From Psilocybe cubensis (taxonomy: Eukaryota), in assembly GCA_017499595.2 (NCBI GenBank), contig CM038999.1, positions 1,426,001-1,490,000 on the forward strand: a stretch of 64,000 nucleotides of DNA, read 5' to 3'. The notes beneath the pieces are model-generated. The model searched no databases and was not told the origin of the DNA. It saw only the letters and a list, made by a program, of their open reading frames with translations. The position numbers and the translations under genes are program-made. Below are positions 27,050-40,300 of the stretch, piece by piece; the stretch's first letter is position 1; the number at the start of each line of letters is the position of its first letter.

Positions 27050-29587
27050 TTAATCAACAAACATGGATTTATTTACCCTTGCTACCGTAGGATTTGGTTC
27101 GCTCTGTGGGGCGACTGTATTGCTGTCCGCGGATGATACTGGAGACTTGTTCTCTGGTGGTCGTGGTTCATCTGGGGAACGGTTGTTCCATATATTGTCA
27201 CTTCGGTGTAAAAGTGCCAAAAGATCCTTGCGCGCCTGCTCCCTCGTGCCAGCAAATTTGGCGTTGATCATTTGCGGGATTTTGGGATCGTGCCGTGAGG
27301 CTTGGGGAACTCCATACAAAGGCATCAGGCGCAAGGTATCTGCGCAGTCTTGAGCAAAGGTAAGATCCGAATCCACTTTCAAAAGCTTCAGAATATGTTT
27401 CTGAACATTGCGTAAAAACAATAAATCATTGGTTTAAGTGGTATTGAATGAAAAAGACGAACCTCTTCTACTGGATTCGGAAATTGGTCAATTTTCATCC
27501 CAATAAACTTTCTGCAGATGTTCGTGAAGTACTCGTATTGCGATAATGTATCAACAAGTGTTGTCCCGGCATTGGATCGGAAGAAGTCTAAAAACCCTCT
27601 GGGTTGGTATTCTCGCACCTGATCCTTGAGAATCCTCATGAATTCTGCTTCGGCAGATGGCCGAGGAGAAGAAGGAAGAGGCGGAGTAGCAGGTATTGAT
27701 GCAGATTGGTGATTTTCCTTCGAAATATCCGTTACTCCTGAAGATACAACAGAGCTTGCAGTGCCTTCAAGGCTTCGCTGACGATGTGAATCATGTCGGA
27801 CAGATTCAGAAGGATAACTATGTCTGGTGAATTTTGAAGGCGATGGGGAATCTACTCCGTCGTAGTCATCAAAGGACGGGGAATTCGCCCGTTTGCGTGC
27901 ATCCTGTATCTGATCATGCTGTGGTTTTGATGGCCAGTATTCCGTTCTGCGTTCTTGCTCGTATTCTTCATATGGGTTGGGGCTATCGAGTAGTCCTGAT
28001 GGTATCTGAGGAGGGGGTGGAGGACGTCCTGGAGGGAGAAGCTGATCATTTTTAGGTATCTCGCTCTACCATTCATATTGAATTAACTTACAATCTCCAC
28101 AACTAAATCAATTGTTTTATCTCCTGCAACTGCAACATTAGCAGAAATAAAATCGTCTTCGTTGTCTCTTGAGACCCGTAAGATGAATTGCCTATATTTT
28201 CCCCGCGGTGTGTAAACCTTGGCCGGACCTGATGTCGTGAAGTCTCTGAATATAAAAACGTTAGAAAGTGGAGACATACCATCAATCCTCGAAGGACCTC
28301 GTTGAAGCTGCTCCGCCTAGCTCACTAATGTGAGAATGAAGAAGAAAAGATGCTATCAAACCAACTCACGATATCCTGAGCATCAGCCCAATACGAAGTA
28401 CCTTTATCATCAGCCAATCGCAGTGGAACCTTCACTTCGGCTAATTGATGATCGATTGTGCCACTTCGCAAATCTTGTATGAGGAGTGTCACCATTCGCA
28501 GAGGATGTTTGCTTCGAGGAGCTATGATCGTGAAATTAAAGATATTTCGAATTAGAACACTCTGCGATAAAAGACTTTACCTGGTTCGGAATTTGAATGA
28601 GAACGTCCAGGGTCTTTTTTATGATGATGTCGCGAAGAACGAGACGGGTCAGAGTTCCATGTACCCTTTTCATAATCATGTCGATAATAAGGCGATGGAC
28701 CCTGTGATCCAGGAGCATTGGGACCTGGTGGAAGTGGATGACTAGCGTAATAGTTATTTTGATGGGGAGGCCTTCCATCCATTTCCCCATGACGAGCACC
28801 TGGTCTTGTACTCGGAACGGAGGGCGAACCGCTTCCTATTGACGGAAGTAACGGTTGCAAAGGTCTAGATGATATAGGGTATGGGGGTGCATAGACCGAA
28901 GGAGGGTTAGAAGATGTGGCCGAACGAGTTGTAGCGTACGTAGATGAAGTTGCCGTTGGTGTTGGAGATGCTTTCCTAGGAGGTTTTGGAGGAGCTGGTG
29001 TTCCGCGATATAGAGATGAATAAGGTCCATTTCCATGAGCGATAGGTGGTTGGGTGCTGGGGGTAGGGTCGTACGTATCGATTCGAAATTTCGATGTCTG
29101 TGAAGAGAATAAATCTCCCTTTCTCACTCTTTTACTTTTCTTCTTGGTCGGAGGCGGAACTTCTTGACCGGGAAGGAAACGCACTGCTTCAACGGGGGGA
29201 GGGGTAGCTTCGTACGTTTCTATATTTTGAGGTGGTTTATCGGTCGCAAAAGCCACTGCCTGTCGGATAATAGGTCTGTCTGGAGGAGGCGAATGTGTAA
29301 CAGGCGCCGATTCCACTGGTGTTTGGGGTTCTCCTGAATCCGAACCGACTGGTGAAAACTGCCGTTTCGGCGCCTGGTGGAAATGTGGAGAAATTGTCAG
29401 CTGCGCGATATAGCGGTGGCACACGGTTTTGGCTGCATACCTTAGCACTTAGAGACGACTCTCGACTGCTCCTACATGACGAGAGATTTCAAATTTTGGC
29501 GGTAGTTACGGTAGAATCCTGGACGTACGATGAATCATTACCCGTGCGCCGTCCCCGACCGATCTCTCCATCGTAACTGTTTCGCAT
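27050..29587 (-). CDS. Uncharacterised protein with Pro/Ser-rich N-terminus, a compact central alpha/beta domain and a helical C-terminal domain
   Basis: Two short 5' exons (MRNSYDGEIGRGRRTGNDS/SSRESSLSAK) splice in frame to ORF 28552..29448. Later exons: MVTLLIQDLRSG...YWADAQDI, PAKVYTPRGKYRQFILRV, RILKDQVREY..., ending KSMFVD*. Confidence 0.7.
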
Positions 29588-30294
29588 GTTAGCTTTTCCT
29601 GGCTTTAGGATAAAGACACCAAGGTTCAGAATCAGAAAAGATCAAGTAGGACGTTCTCTGGGAAATACCTGTTGTATTCAACCTTATAAAGCCAGTGCCT
29701 TGTCCACAACGACTATTCCGAAAGCTTGGTCGCTTACGAGAAAGGAAATTCTGGGATAAAGTTCTGGAAAGCGAATGCAAGGATATCTTTTATGAAACCA
29801 AAAGTGAAGCAAAGCTCCTTGTCATGGTAGGGTACACAAGTGGATATAACGTTGGTTTTTGACTGTAAAGGACCATTCACTTATTTTCGCCGGTCCCCCA
29901 GCTCGAAGTATATGAGTGAACTTCACAAAGGGTCAACATCATCGTTGAAATGTGCCACGTGCTTCTAAAGAAATTGCCTTGTTTGGTAGAAAATATGATT
30001 CACACGGTTTACAGCCACCGACTTGCAATCATCTGACACTTGATAACCCGGAACCGTTATGTGTGGATGACAGTGCACAACACAAGATTATAATATGATG
30101 CATACTCAGTGGGCGACACAAAATATACATATGCTATACTGAGCCTCGTTTTGATAACAATATTTTGGACGAGGGTTTCTACATATTTGAATCTTCGGAA
30201 CTCTTACTTGAAATTACAAAAATATGCGCGTTGCCCAGTGCTATTAGAAATCCATCCAACAACAATATCCAGAAGTACTCCAAAAGGTCGTTGT

Positions 30295-31462
30295 TTACTG
30301 TTTCTTCCCATATACTTTCTCCGCGTTGCCAGCAAACACGGCGTCCACAAAGTCTTGCTCAATGCCAAGTTCTGCGAGCGATTCTCTTGCAATTTCATAC
30401 CAGTCTGCAACAGAAGATGGACTCTTTGATGATGAAGATGGGGAAGATCCAAATATAATACGTTGGTACCCAAAGGCCTCCATAACGGGGGCGACTAATT
30501 TAACATATAAGTATCTATATGAGTAACCATAAACATGTTGACTCACGATACATCTTGATCCGGCGTTTCCATTCCTTGATTTGTTGGGTATCAGCCGCTT
30601 CAATAGGACTTCCAGGGAATGGGGTTTGAGGGGTAGGGGCATCCCAAGCAGGAGGGAGGAATTTGACGTAAACTTGGGGTATCAATGATAGGGCAGCTAC
30701 CTGAGACTGGAAGGCAAGATAGGTTGGATGATTCATAAGTTTGACAATTGGAAGGTCAAGGTTATGAGGGGGAGGTAAAATGTTAGCTTGGAGTACAGTC
30801 TTTGCGTCAAAATTTACACTCTTGAGGGTCAAAACCGAAGAACATACAAAGGACGATAGGTGGAACAGTTTCAAGATCAACAGAGGCCTTAGCGATCAAA
30901 TCTTCGAATCCTTCCAAGAGACTGTCAGAAAGGGTAGCTTGGATGTCGATGTCAACTGGGCGACCACGTTGCAGTGCCCATCGAAGGCCGTCGACAGCTC
31001 CAGGCGCATCCCCTGTGTAGACTGTAGACAATGTGGTGGAAACCGCTGCCGATGAGACCAACGACTCGACGGCAGGGTCTGGTTGTTCCAAGTTGAATGG
31101 AATGATGTAGGAGATAACCTTAGAATTGTCAGAGCTCGATTTCAAGCTGCATTTTATATCAATGTCGTTAGACAGAGGGAGAGACAATTGCAGAGGTTGA
31201 CAACTTACGCAGACTGCAGCTCAGCGCCAGGGAGAGCAAGAACAATGCCCCGTAGTTTGTCAACCAAGTCTTTGCCTGCCTCCTTCTGCCACTGAGTATA
31301 GTTCACGTCGGTGGATACGACATTTGCATCAATGACGCTGGTTGGAACCAAGCTGTTTGGACTGGGTGGAACTGGGAAGGACTCTGCAGTGCCAGTGTTT
31401 GGTGGGGTAAAGACGGAAAGAGGGAGCTTGGGGAGATCTTTAGGAAATTTACGGGGGGCCAT
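30295..31462 (-). CDS. Amidohydrolase-fold (amidohydro_2/sugar-lactonase-like) protein lacking canonical catalytic residues
   Basis: VIDANV, PQVYVKF, EAFGYQRIIFGSS and AVFAGNAEKVY align with IDAHxH, PNVYxK, FGxxRxxFGSD and IFxxNAxRVY of the family; 3 introns. Confidence 0.78.
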
Positions 31463-31577
31463 GTGTAGGTATAAGTTGAAGGCAAGCAGGCGTTGGTTAC
31501 TCTTAAGAACAAAGACAGTGTTTCTAATCTCTTCATCAATCATTGGCTTGATCGGGCTACATCACGGCATCAATGCA

Positions 31578-32658
31578 TCAGGCGCATTCAAATTCGCCGC
31601 CATCACGACCAGTGCCTCTGTTTTGCACTCTTTCTGCTTTGTAGATGGATTCCGCCCATCGTCGTGTTCGCTCCCTCTGCTCAATGTCAGTTCGCCTTCT
31701 AGTCATCGAGGATCGCAACATACCCTATGTTCTTCGTCTCCGTCATTGGTTTCTTCCACGAGGAACTTGTCAAACGCCTCCAACGCGTTTCGTCTTTCAG
31801 CTCGACGGCCTTGCTCTCTGCCCTGCCTTTGTCCCTCTTTTTTCCCTTTTTTCCATCCCTCCTTTCTTCCAGACTCGAGGCCATCCTGATACCCATCCTC
31901 GTATCCCTCTTCTCTACCGTCTTCATAACACTCGTCTATCATTTTCTGTGCCTCGGCTGCTCGCAGTGTGATCTGCTGCTCCATGTCGTGCAGTATTACT
32001 TGGTACCTTCGGAGAGCTTCTTGTGCTTTTCTTTCCGAATATTCCAACTCTTCGATTTCTCTTCGTGCATTTGCCAGATCTTCTTCCAATTGCCGTGCCA
32101 CCCTCTGGGATGCCTCCATCTGCATCTGGTAATCTCTGGCGTCGTTCTCCAGGCGCATCCTCTCATCTTCCAATGCATTTCTCGCCGCCTCTGCAACTTC
32201 TGCCCGAATTCGTGCGTCGCGTTCTCCTCGCTCGGCAAACTCTGCCCTTACCATTGCATCATCTGCCCTCCTCGTTTCGCGCTCCAGTTGGTCACTGGAT
32301 GCCCGTAGAAGCCCTTTTAAATGCTTTGCATGACGTTCCTCTTCGGCAATTGCAATCGCAGCAACAACTGGAGCTCGGTGCTCTCGACGACGGGGAGATC
32401 GAGATGGGCGCTTATGCCCTTTTTTGAGGTTCTCCACAGACCCAGATGGTATAAGGGAAGGATCGTGCAAGATACGCATCAGTGGTGAGGGGGACAAAGT
32501 CGCCTCCCGAGCCTGGGCAATAATATCAAGACTGTACCGAAATGTGTCATTGATGTACCCCTTTGCATTGAATCTATTGACACTGACTAGGGTAATGAAG
32601 CGGCTTCTGCTTCATACAGAAGTGCATCTGGCGCAAGAGGTTTGTTATCTATAGGCAT
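31578..32658 (-). CDS. Coiled-coil protein with Yae1/FliH-like (Gxxx)n repeat
   Basis: Exon 1 MPIDNKPLAPDALLYEAEAASLP; long E/R/A-rich heptad region; EDGREEGYEDGYQDGLESGRKEGWKKGKKEGQRQGREQG; last exon RERTRRWAESIY...FECA*. Confidence 0.72.
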
Positions 32659-34178
32659 TGTCGCTTGTGTTGTAGATAAAATTGGAGGATCGGAAGTGTA
32701 TGATTCACTGTGATATAGTCTTAATGTGCAATCGTTTGTAGCGGGGTCGTTACACCTTTGGTATACCCGGCAATTCATATATACCCTTCATGCGACCACG
32801 TCGCGAACTCGTGTGGGGCAAAATTGACTGGGCACCCTTATTTCCAAAACGTGCCCAGCATAAAACCCTGACCACGCATTTACCTCATGTTAACCCCCTT
32901 AACGGCCTTGAGCTCATAGTCGTTTTCATCATGGTACATGTAAATTAACGTTACGCAAGGCGCTATATACACGTTGTTATAGCTGGTGTTACCTGAAGAC
33001 CACGACCATCACATAACAGTTCCTGACATTAGTTATGAACCAAAACAAGTCTGTCCATATTGTCTTCTAACGAATCATTCCAAGGGTCTCGGAAAAGACT
33101 TGATGAAACGTCTCGCATTCTCAAGGAAGGCGGTGAAAGGCGGCGGCGACCATCACACAGGATTCCGAGCAATTGCAACGTCCCAATGTAACTCATAGTC
33201 AACTCGGCTGTCAAACTCTGTGGATTTTCATGGATGTAGTCAAGTAACCGACTGTCCTAGACAGATCACTAGAGCAATCGAGCTTATGGTTCAGTTCTCT
33301 CCTCATGCCCGTAGTAACTGTAAGCATGATCCGATACGGCATAAGGATATGACCACCAACGACGTCAAAACAAAAGGACGTAGTGGGAGTGTAGTAAACG
33401 ACTGAGTCCAACCATTGTAAGTTGGTCACAGAAGCCTTTAGGTAGCACGGCAGAGCTCCGTTCAGAGTTGAAGTGATTGTGTCCGCGTGGTGATGTCGGT
33501 TCTATTTGAACTGCCCCAGTTTGACTTGTGATTGCTTAAAATAACACTGTTTGGGTAGTTCTATTTATAGCAGCAACCCACACTCAAGAAGCTTCCTCCG
33601 AGTCAGAGGACTGGTGCCTTGCTAAAAGCGATATCGACCACCAGAACAGTACATTAAGACTCTTAATCCGGCACAACAGTCTGTATTGACTTTCTGCATG
33701 ACAAATTGGAGATTTCCCGCACTGTTTCCGTTTCGCAGATTCCTACTCCCGGTAAATGTGAAGAGCGGTCATTGGGCACTTCGAATACGACGACGATCAT
33801 TCGTCTAGGATCGTTTTAGTGAGACTGCTAGTTCCGTGGGAGGAGAATTTTAAGATTGGCATATGGTGTCCGGGTCACGATGGTTATTGGATAGTGAGGA
33901 AACTGTCGCTACGAGTTTCCTCACCAAACCAGTTGGTGGAAATATCATTGGTGCGGGAATGATTGTTTTAAGGTTACTACAGTGAGCAGTTGAAATGCTT
34001 CCTGAACTCAGTCTGTACTCTCATACCACGGGTTCATTGAGAATTGACTTCAGCTACGAAATCCCACGGAAACAATCGCATGATATCTGTTCTTAGTTAA
34101 ATAGTAGAGGACTGCTTTAAGGTTCCGTAGACACTGCGCTACCTGCAGCAGATCTTTTTCAATTCGTTTGCTTCCAAG

Positions 34179-35580
34179 ATGCGATCCGCTGCAATCTTGT
34201 CGTCTATCATCTTGCTGGCTTTGAAAACCGCCTTCGCTATCCCCACGAATCTCCAAGGACGCAGTGTAACCGCATTGTCATCTTCGGAACTCTCTGGGTT
34301 CGCACCATTCACCCAATTTGCGCGAGCCGCATATTGCCCTACAAGCAAACTTCAGAACTGGTCTTGCGGAGGTAGGTACTCGAGAGAGATAATACCTACG
34401 CATATGGAATATTTCTGATTGATGTCATGTAAAGACGCATGCAAAGCGAATTCGGATTTTCAACCAACACTTGTCGGCGGAGACGGAAATGCTGTGCAAA
34501 TCTGTAAGCGCTCGTCTTGTAAAATATTACGAAACAACATTCTCATCCTGATTAGTTTTTGTCGGGTTTTCACCGTCCCAAAACAGCATAATTGTGGCCC
34601 ACGAAGGAACCGATCCAACCCAATTGTGAGTTTAATCACACCAGTCAATAAAAACTTCCTAAAGTTGACAATATCCTCGCAGGTTATCTGACTTAACTGA
34701 TATCGACATCTTGATGGGTAATCTGGATTCGACGCTTTTCCCGGGTGTATCGTCGTCCGTACAAGTACATGAGGGTTTCCGTGATGAGCATGCAAAGACA
34801 GCCACGACAATCTTAGCTGAGGTCAAACGCTTGATGTCAGTAAAGAATACAAAGAACGTCGCTATTGTGAGTCACATATATATATCATAATTACACAATG
34901 TCTCATTTTTGTCGACAGGTTGGACATTCTCTGGGAGGTGCACTTTCGGAGCTAGACTCGTTGTTCTTGACCTTAAACCTTCCTTCATCTACTTCGATAA
35001 AAGCCATTACTTATGGCACTCCGCGGGTTGGAAATCCTGATTTTGCTCAACTTATTGACTCCAAGGTTCGTTTATCTTTCTGCTACTACTTGATAAATAA
35101 AGGCTGACAATATTTTCATGTCAGGTTCCTAATTTTAAAAGAATCAACAACGAAGATGGTGAGGACTTGGCCTGCAATCAAATGCTTCGGGTCATCGGAC
35201 AAAGGAGTTTCCAAAGTCCAGTGCTGATATAAGAAACACAGATATTGTCCCTATAGTCCCTGGGAGATTTTTAGGGTTTGCTCACCCTCACGGGGAAGTA
35301 CATATCCTTTCGCCTGGCAACGCTGTATCGTGCCCTGGTGAGTGGGGGGTACTATACGACCTTTAGAATCAACTACTCACTTCGAGGCAGGCGATGACGA
35401 TGCAACTGATCCACAGTGTCAAATACAATCTGTGCCCAATGTTTTGGTAGGAAATATTCTTAATCACGTAAGTTCTTGATCGAGACGCCAGTAATATCAT
35501 TTTGCTAACCAGTCATGATGTGACTGAATCAGTTGGGTCCATATGAAGGAATCAACATCGGCACAATATTTTGTACATGA
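34179..35580 (+). CDS. Secreted class-3 lipase (alpha/beta hydrolase)
   Basis: Signal peptide MRSAAILSSIILLALKTAFA, FARAAYC, AHEGT, VGHSLGG nucleophile elbow, TYGTPRVGN, DIVPIVP, H/LGPY. Confidence 0.93.
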
Positions 35581-35950
35581 TTTTTCAAAGTGCCGTATCA
35601 TTAAATATATCACCGCCATCTTTGTTAGAAAATTAAATCATATCAACTCCATAGTGGGCAGGTTGTGGGTCCTTGTTTGCACCATCAAAATTGAAATGAT
35701 GGAAGCTGGCTTCAAACTCCGATTAAACAGTTGCGTCACCGATAATATGAAAGACGCGAACGTCAGATTTCTACCAAATCCCACTGTCACTGGTTCCGTT
35801 AATCTAAGATCGACAACAGTCTCTACTCTGTGGGGTATGGTAACTGAAAAGTAGACGGTCCCTTTGCAGAGGCAACAAGAATGGGCAACACGCCATTTGC
35901 GGTCGATAGTATATCAGCTGTCGAGGCTACTAGTGACAGTATTCAAAGCC

Positions 35951-37359
35951 ATGTATCGCAGGTCAGATCGTCTAAACGGAATAGGACGTACGCCAGCACG
36001 GCTGTAGGAAAATCGGAGGAGCTCTCAGACTTAACATCACCTCTGGAAATAATAGTAAACCACGGTCATTATCACACTCAAGGATTCTGGGCACTGTACC
36101 TACTGGGAGAGTCATCCCATATACCCCATTCCTTGCGAACAACACGTCGTGGACACATATGGACGTCAATGTCGATAGTTCATCGCGCTTGCATTCTGTA
36201 TTGCCTTTTGAGTTGTGTGATCGCCTCCGCCCACCTATTCACAAATATTGTCAACCCTGCAATGCGACACGCTTGGAAAACGCGCACGTTTGACATAGCA
36301 GGTGTGTATTCTATCCAGGCTGTATCGTCACTTCAGCCCTCTGATATATACTCCAGGAAACCTGCCTGCAAGCATGGTAGTAACACAATATCTAACAAGA
36401 TCCTTGGTGGTTTCAACACCGTTAGAACCTTTTGTAATCAACATACTGGACGAAACTGCATCTAATATAACCATCTGTGCATGGCTTCCGGATGTCAAGC
36501 TACACTTATTTGGGAAGTGGAGGCAAAGTTGGCCAGGTAAAGCATAATTGCACATTCCTGATTAACCCAGCTCAGCGACTACTAGGATTTGTATCTTTAT
36601 TGGTTACGACAAACCACAGGGCGTCTTCTTCGTCTCATCAGAGACTCTTGAAAACCCTAAGACAGATGGCTTCTAAGCCATGGATGAAAGGCGTTTCTAT
36701 CCACCTTCTACACATTAAAGAACACGCCGTGGGATCGCCGAACCTTTATCTCAACCTTGCTCGCCTATTTGCTTCCACGGATTGGGTTTTAATTATGCCT
36801 GGTGAGCCGGAAGGCTATATTCCTCCCAAAGTATCCGATATTATGTCTCCCGCCCCGCACCCAAGTGAATATGTGCTGGTATCCGGTAATCATTCATACC
36901 CCTTTCCAGACCTCTCGCCCCTCTTGATACACAAGACAAATGATTTTTGGTGCTCGGAACGTGTGCTAGCCACGGATTCGCGCACAAAAGATTGGAGTGA
37001 ATGCCTGTGGCAATTGAACCTGGAAACAGCAGGGACGTTGAAAACCTTGAACATGTCATTGACGGTTCCAACGCCAAAGGAAGACGAGAGAGGTTCCATT
37101 TCAGAGGTATGCGTTATTGCGTTGAGCAAAGTCTGTGTTCTAAGCGTGATTGGTTAGAAACTGATTGGCAAGTATCGCGATGAGCTTTGCAACAGCGTAA
37201 TCTACCGGATGTCAATGACGCGGGCAGGAAAACAGAGGGTGCTGGACTTGGAGTGGGCGAAGAGCTACTGCAGAAAGGTGAAAACCCCTCACGTACACCC
37301 GATTTCTCATTAACACTTGGCACAATTGACAGAGTGTGAATAGAAAGCGGGAGGTATGA
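35951..37359 (+). CDS. Type II membrane protein resembling glycosyltransferase family 49 (LARGE/B4GAT1-like), DxD motif absent
   Basis: TM segment ACILYCLLSCVIASAHLF; ITICAWL...WPG/FVSLLV; PNLYLNLARLFASTDWVLIMPGE. Start is uncertain (ATG 35881 is also in frame if intron 1 is not used). Confidence 0.6.
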
Positions 37360-37376
37360 TAGTCGCAAATGGTGGA

Positions 37377-40300
37377 TCAGCCATTCCCACCAATGAGGCT
37401 CGCCTCCATTTGTTCTTCATCCATCGCGTCATCTGGTTCCAGTTGAAACGCTGCCCAAACGCTTTCTCCCTCTGGACCTTCCACCATCACTTCAAAAATA
37501 TCCCGAGATATATCTGGGAACATCAAGGTCAGAACGAATCCCAAAGAACACGAAGCACAAATATCTTACCGACAAGATATTCAACCTCTTGTCGCGTGTC
37601 TGGTTCCATCCAATTAAATGAATCGCAATAGGCTAATCGGCCAAACGATACGATGAAAATATCATTGATGTTGTTGAAAGCACGGTGAGGAGCTTGTTGG
37701 AGTTTTTGACGAAGATCTAAAAACGGATCATGCCCGAAAATGAGGTGGTATAATAGAAATATGGCCTGGTTCAGAGCCTTTACGTAACTTGGAAGCAATG
37801 ATATATCAATATAGAATATCGAGGTTGAGACAACAGTGGACTTACGATGACGTAGCCTCGGTGGAAGTGACAAGTTGTTCACTTTCCTCAAACAAAGGTA
37901 TACAGAGATGCGATATGTACAATACCAACGATGGTATCAATACATTAGATCCTACCAGTATGGAATGCGTAGTGGGATGTGCCACCAATATTTGGGCAAG
38001 AAACATGAGAATATATATCTTGAAATTCTAATGAGAAATATTTGAGATTCGTGGAACACGGCTAGCAGAAAATAAAAACGCACTTCTGTTGGAGGTCTAT
38101 TTGTATCGACTAAAAGAGAGCATAATTTGTCGATGAAAGAATTCTTAATAGAATCCCCGTCTGTTGGTTTTTTGTCTGTGGATGGAGACATTCCTAGAAT
38201 GGCCGTAAGTAAAGTATGATCTACAAGAGTCGTCAGCAGGTGAAAGAGCAGAGAATGGTAATAAAGACTAACGGGTGGAGAGCAGGACAAGAACCAATGC
38301 TGATTTTTCCAAGAGCCAGTTAGGCTGTGCTGTATGAAGCATTAACAGCAGAGCAGTATTGTTTTGAACAAATGATTGGATTCTGACAAACATTGGTAAA
38401 TAGAAGGGATGGCGCATTTGGCAAAAAACTTACCCGTTGATAAATTCTGGATCTGCTTGAAAACATAATAGCTGCAGAAGAGATATCGTTTCTGTCGCAA
38501 TTTGATCCTTGTTCAAGTGGTTTTTTGTTGGCTCCAAGTTCTCGAGAATGACTCTGGAGATCAAGTTTACGATTGTGATTTCGTCGCCCGATGATGAAAT
38601 GTGAGAAGACAACAATACAGAGTGAAACATTGGTATAGATAGAACCAATCTATGCATCAAATTCATCAAGATTGCGAGATAATGAAGCTGTTTTGAGATG
38701 TTATTCGACAATTTTTTATGATTGATTCATTTAGTACTCACCTGCTGAGATTCCCGAAGAGATTCTAAAAGAAATAGTAAGGATGTGCAAACAATTGCCA
38801 TTGAATGCTTCAAATCTTCTAATCTACTTGAGTTTGAGATGACCTCCAGGATGCGTGAACAAGACGCAGCATAGTCCCCCGGATTCTTTGTACGTTCCGT
38901 GAAGCCAAGAATTTGCTGAAATGTACTCATTTCAGAGGATGGATGACAATGCGTCAGGATGATACGGCAAAGCTGTAAAGATATGTAAATACGGCGGCGA
39001 TCTATGCAAGCAGGAAATAAGGTACCTCTGATTTCCAATTTACTGCCTCAAAATTTTCTGCGACGTCCATCAATGCATCTTCGTCGCTGTCGGTCGGAGC
39101 AGCATCCATGTATCGATTTGTTGTTTGAGAAAATGCATATTTATCAGATCCCATAAAGAGAGGGATTCTATCGACATCTTGCTTTAGCACCTGACTGTCT
39201 GTGGTCTTAAGTTTAGGGCGAGGCGTATGGTTTGTAGAGCCAAACATTGGCTGGGAAGGAAATATGTTGGGCAAATCTTCGTTACCGAATATTGCGAAGT
39301 CGTCTTCTGCCTTACCCTTACCCTTGTCCATTTTTTTGGACGGAGAAAATATGGGTGTTGATGTTTCGAATGCATTCTGAAAGCCAGGAAGATTGCGCCC
39401 TTTCTCAGGTGGCCTTCGAGATTGTTTACTTGGAGAAAATTTTGAGGTAACAGCAAAGCGAGGTGCACGAATAGGTGTCTCGTCTATTTTTTTCGAACCT
39501 TGAACTTGGGATGCGCCTCCATGCCAGATATTCATTGACGCCGTTACTTGGAGGGGTGTTGAGGGGATGTCTCGAGTAACCTTCTTTGCGCGAACAGAAC
39601 CTGGTACTTTACGCATCGAGGAATCCAATTCTTGTTGCTTTTAAGAGCCTTGAGATGACAAAATCAAGATCAAATAAAAGTGATGTCCCAACCTTAAAAA
39701 CCATCTGAGAGCGCAGACGTTCTAGTTCGTCTTTCAACTCTTTCTGTACTTGAAATTGTTTCTGTTCGACCTTCTCTTTCTCCGCTCTTAGCTGTGACAA
39801 TTGTGCCGCGTGGTTTTGAGATGCCTTATGATTGGCTCAGTATCTGGGCAAAAACGCATGAACACACAACCCGACCTTCTCAATGTTTCTTCTGAGAATG
39901 CTCACTTCCCCTTCTTTGGCAAGCTTGACATCGATAGCTGCTTTAAGGGTCATCTGCATTTTGGAATTCTCTTCACGCATCTACAGATATCCTAATCAAG
40001 CTCCTGACTTTCATGAAAGAACGTTGGAAACGAACCTCGTCATACTTCTTCTGTAGTTCTACCATTTGTACGTGAATGCGATTTATGTCTTGGTTCGACG
40101 GAACGTAATTGGATTGGCCTTGAAATCTGTTCTCACTAGGTAAAGGCCGCTTTTGTTGGACATTTGACTGACGAGACGCGTTAAGTCGCGACCCAGATGC
40201 ATGTGCATTGGACCCTCGAGAGTTCGAGGTATTCACTTGAACGGGCCCGTCTTGACGATTGCCGTTATCTAATATCTGACCTCTGGTTACCTGTCCGCTC

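Noticed and set aside
29237-29587. Long ORF 28552..29448 apparently lacking an ATG (non-AUG start)
   Set aside because: Two short upstream exons supply ATG 29587 in frame.
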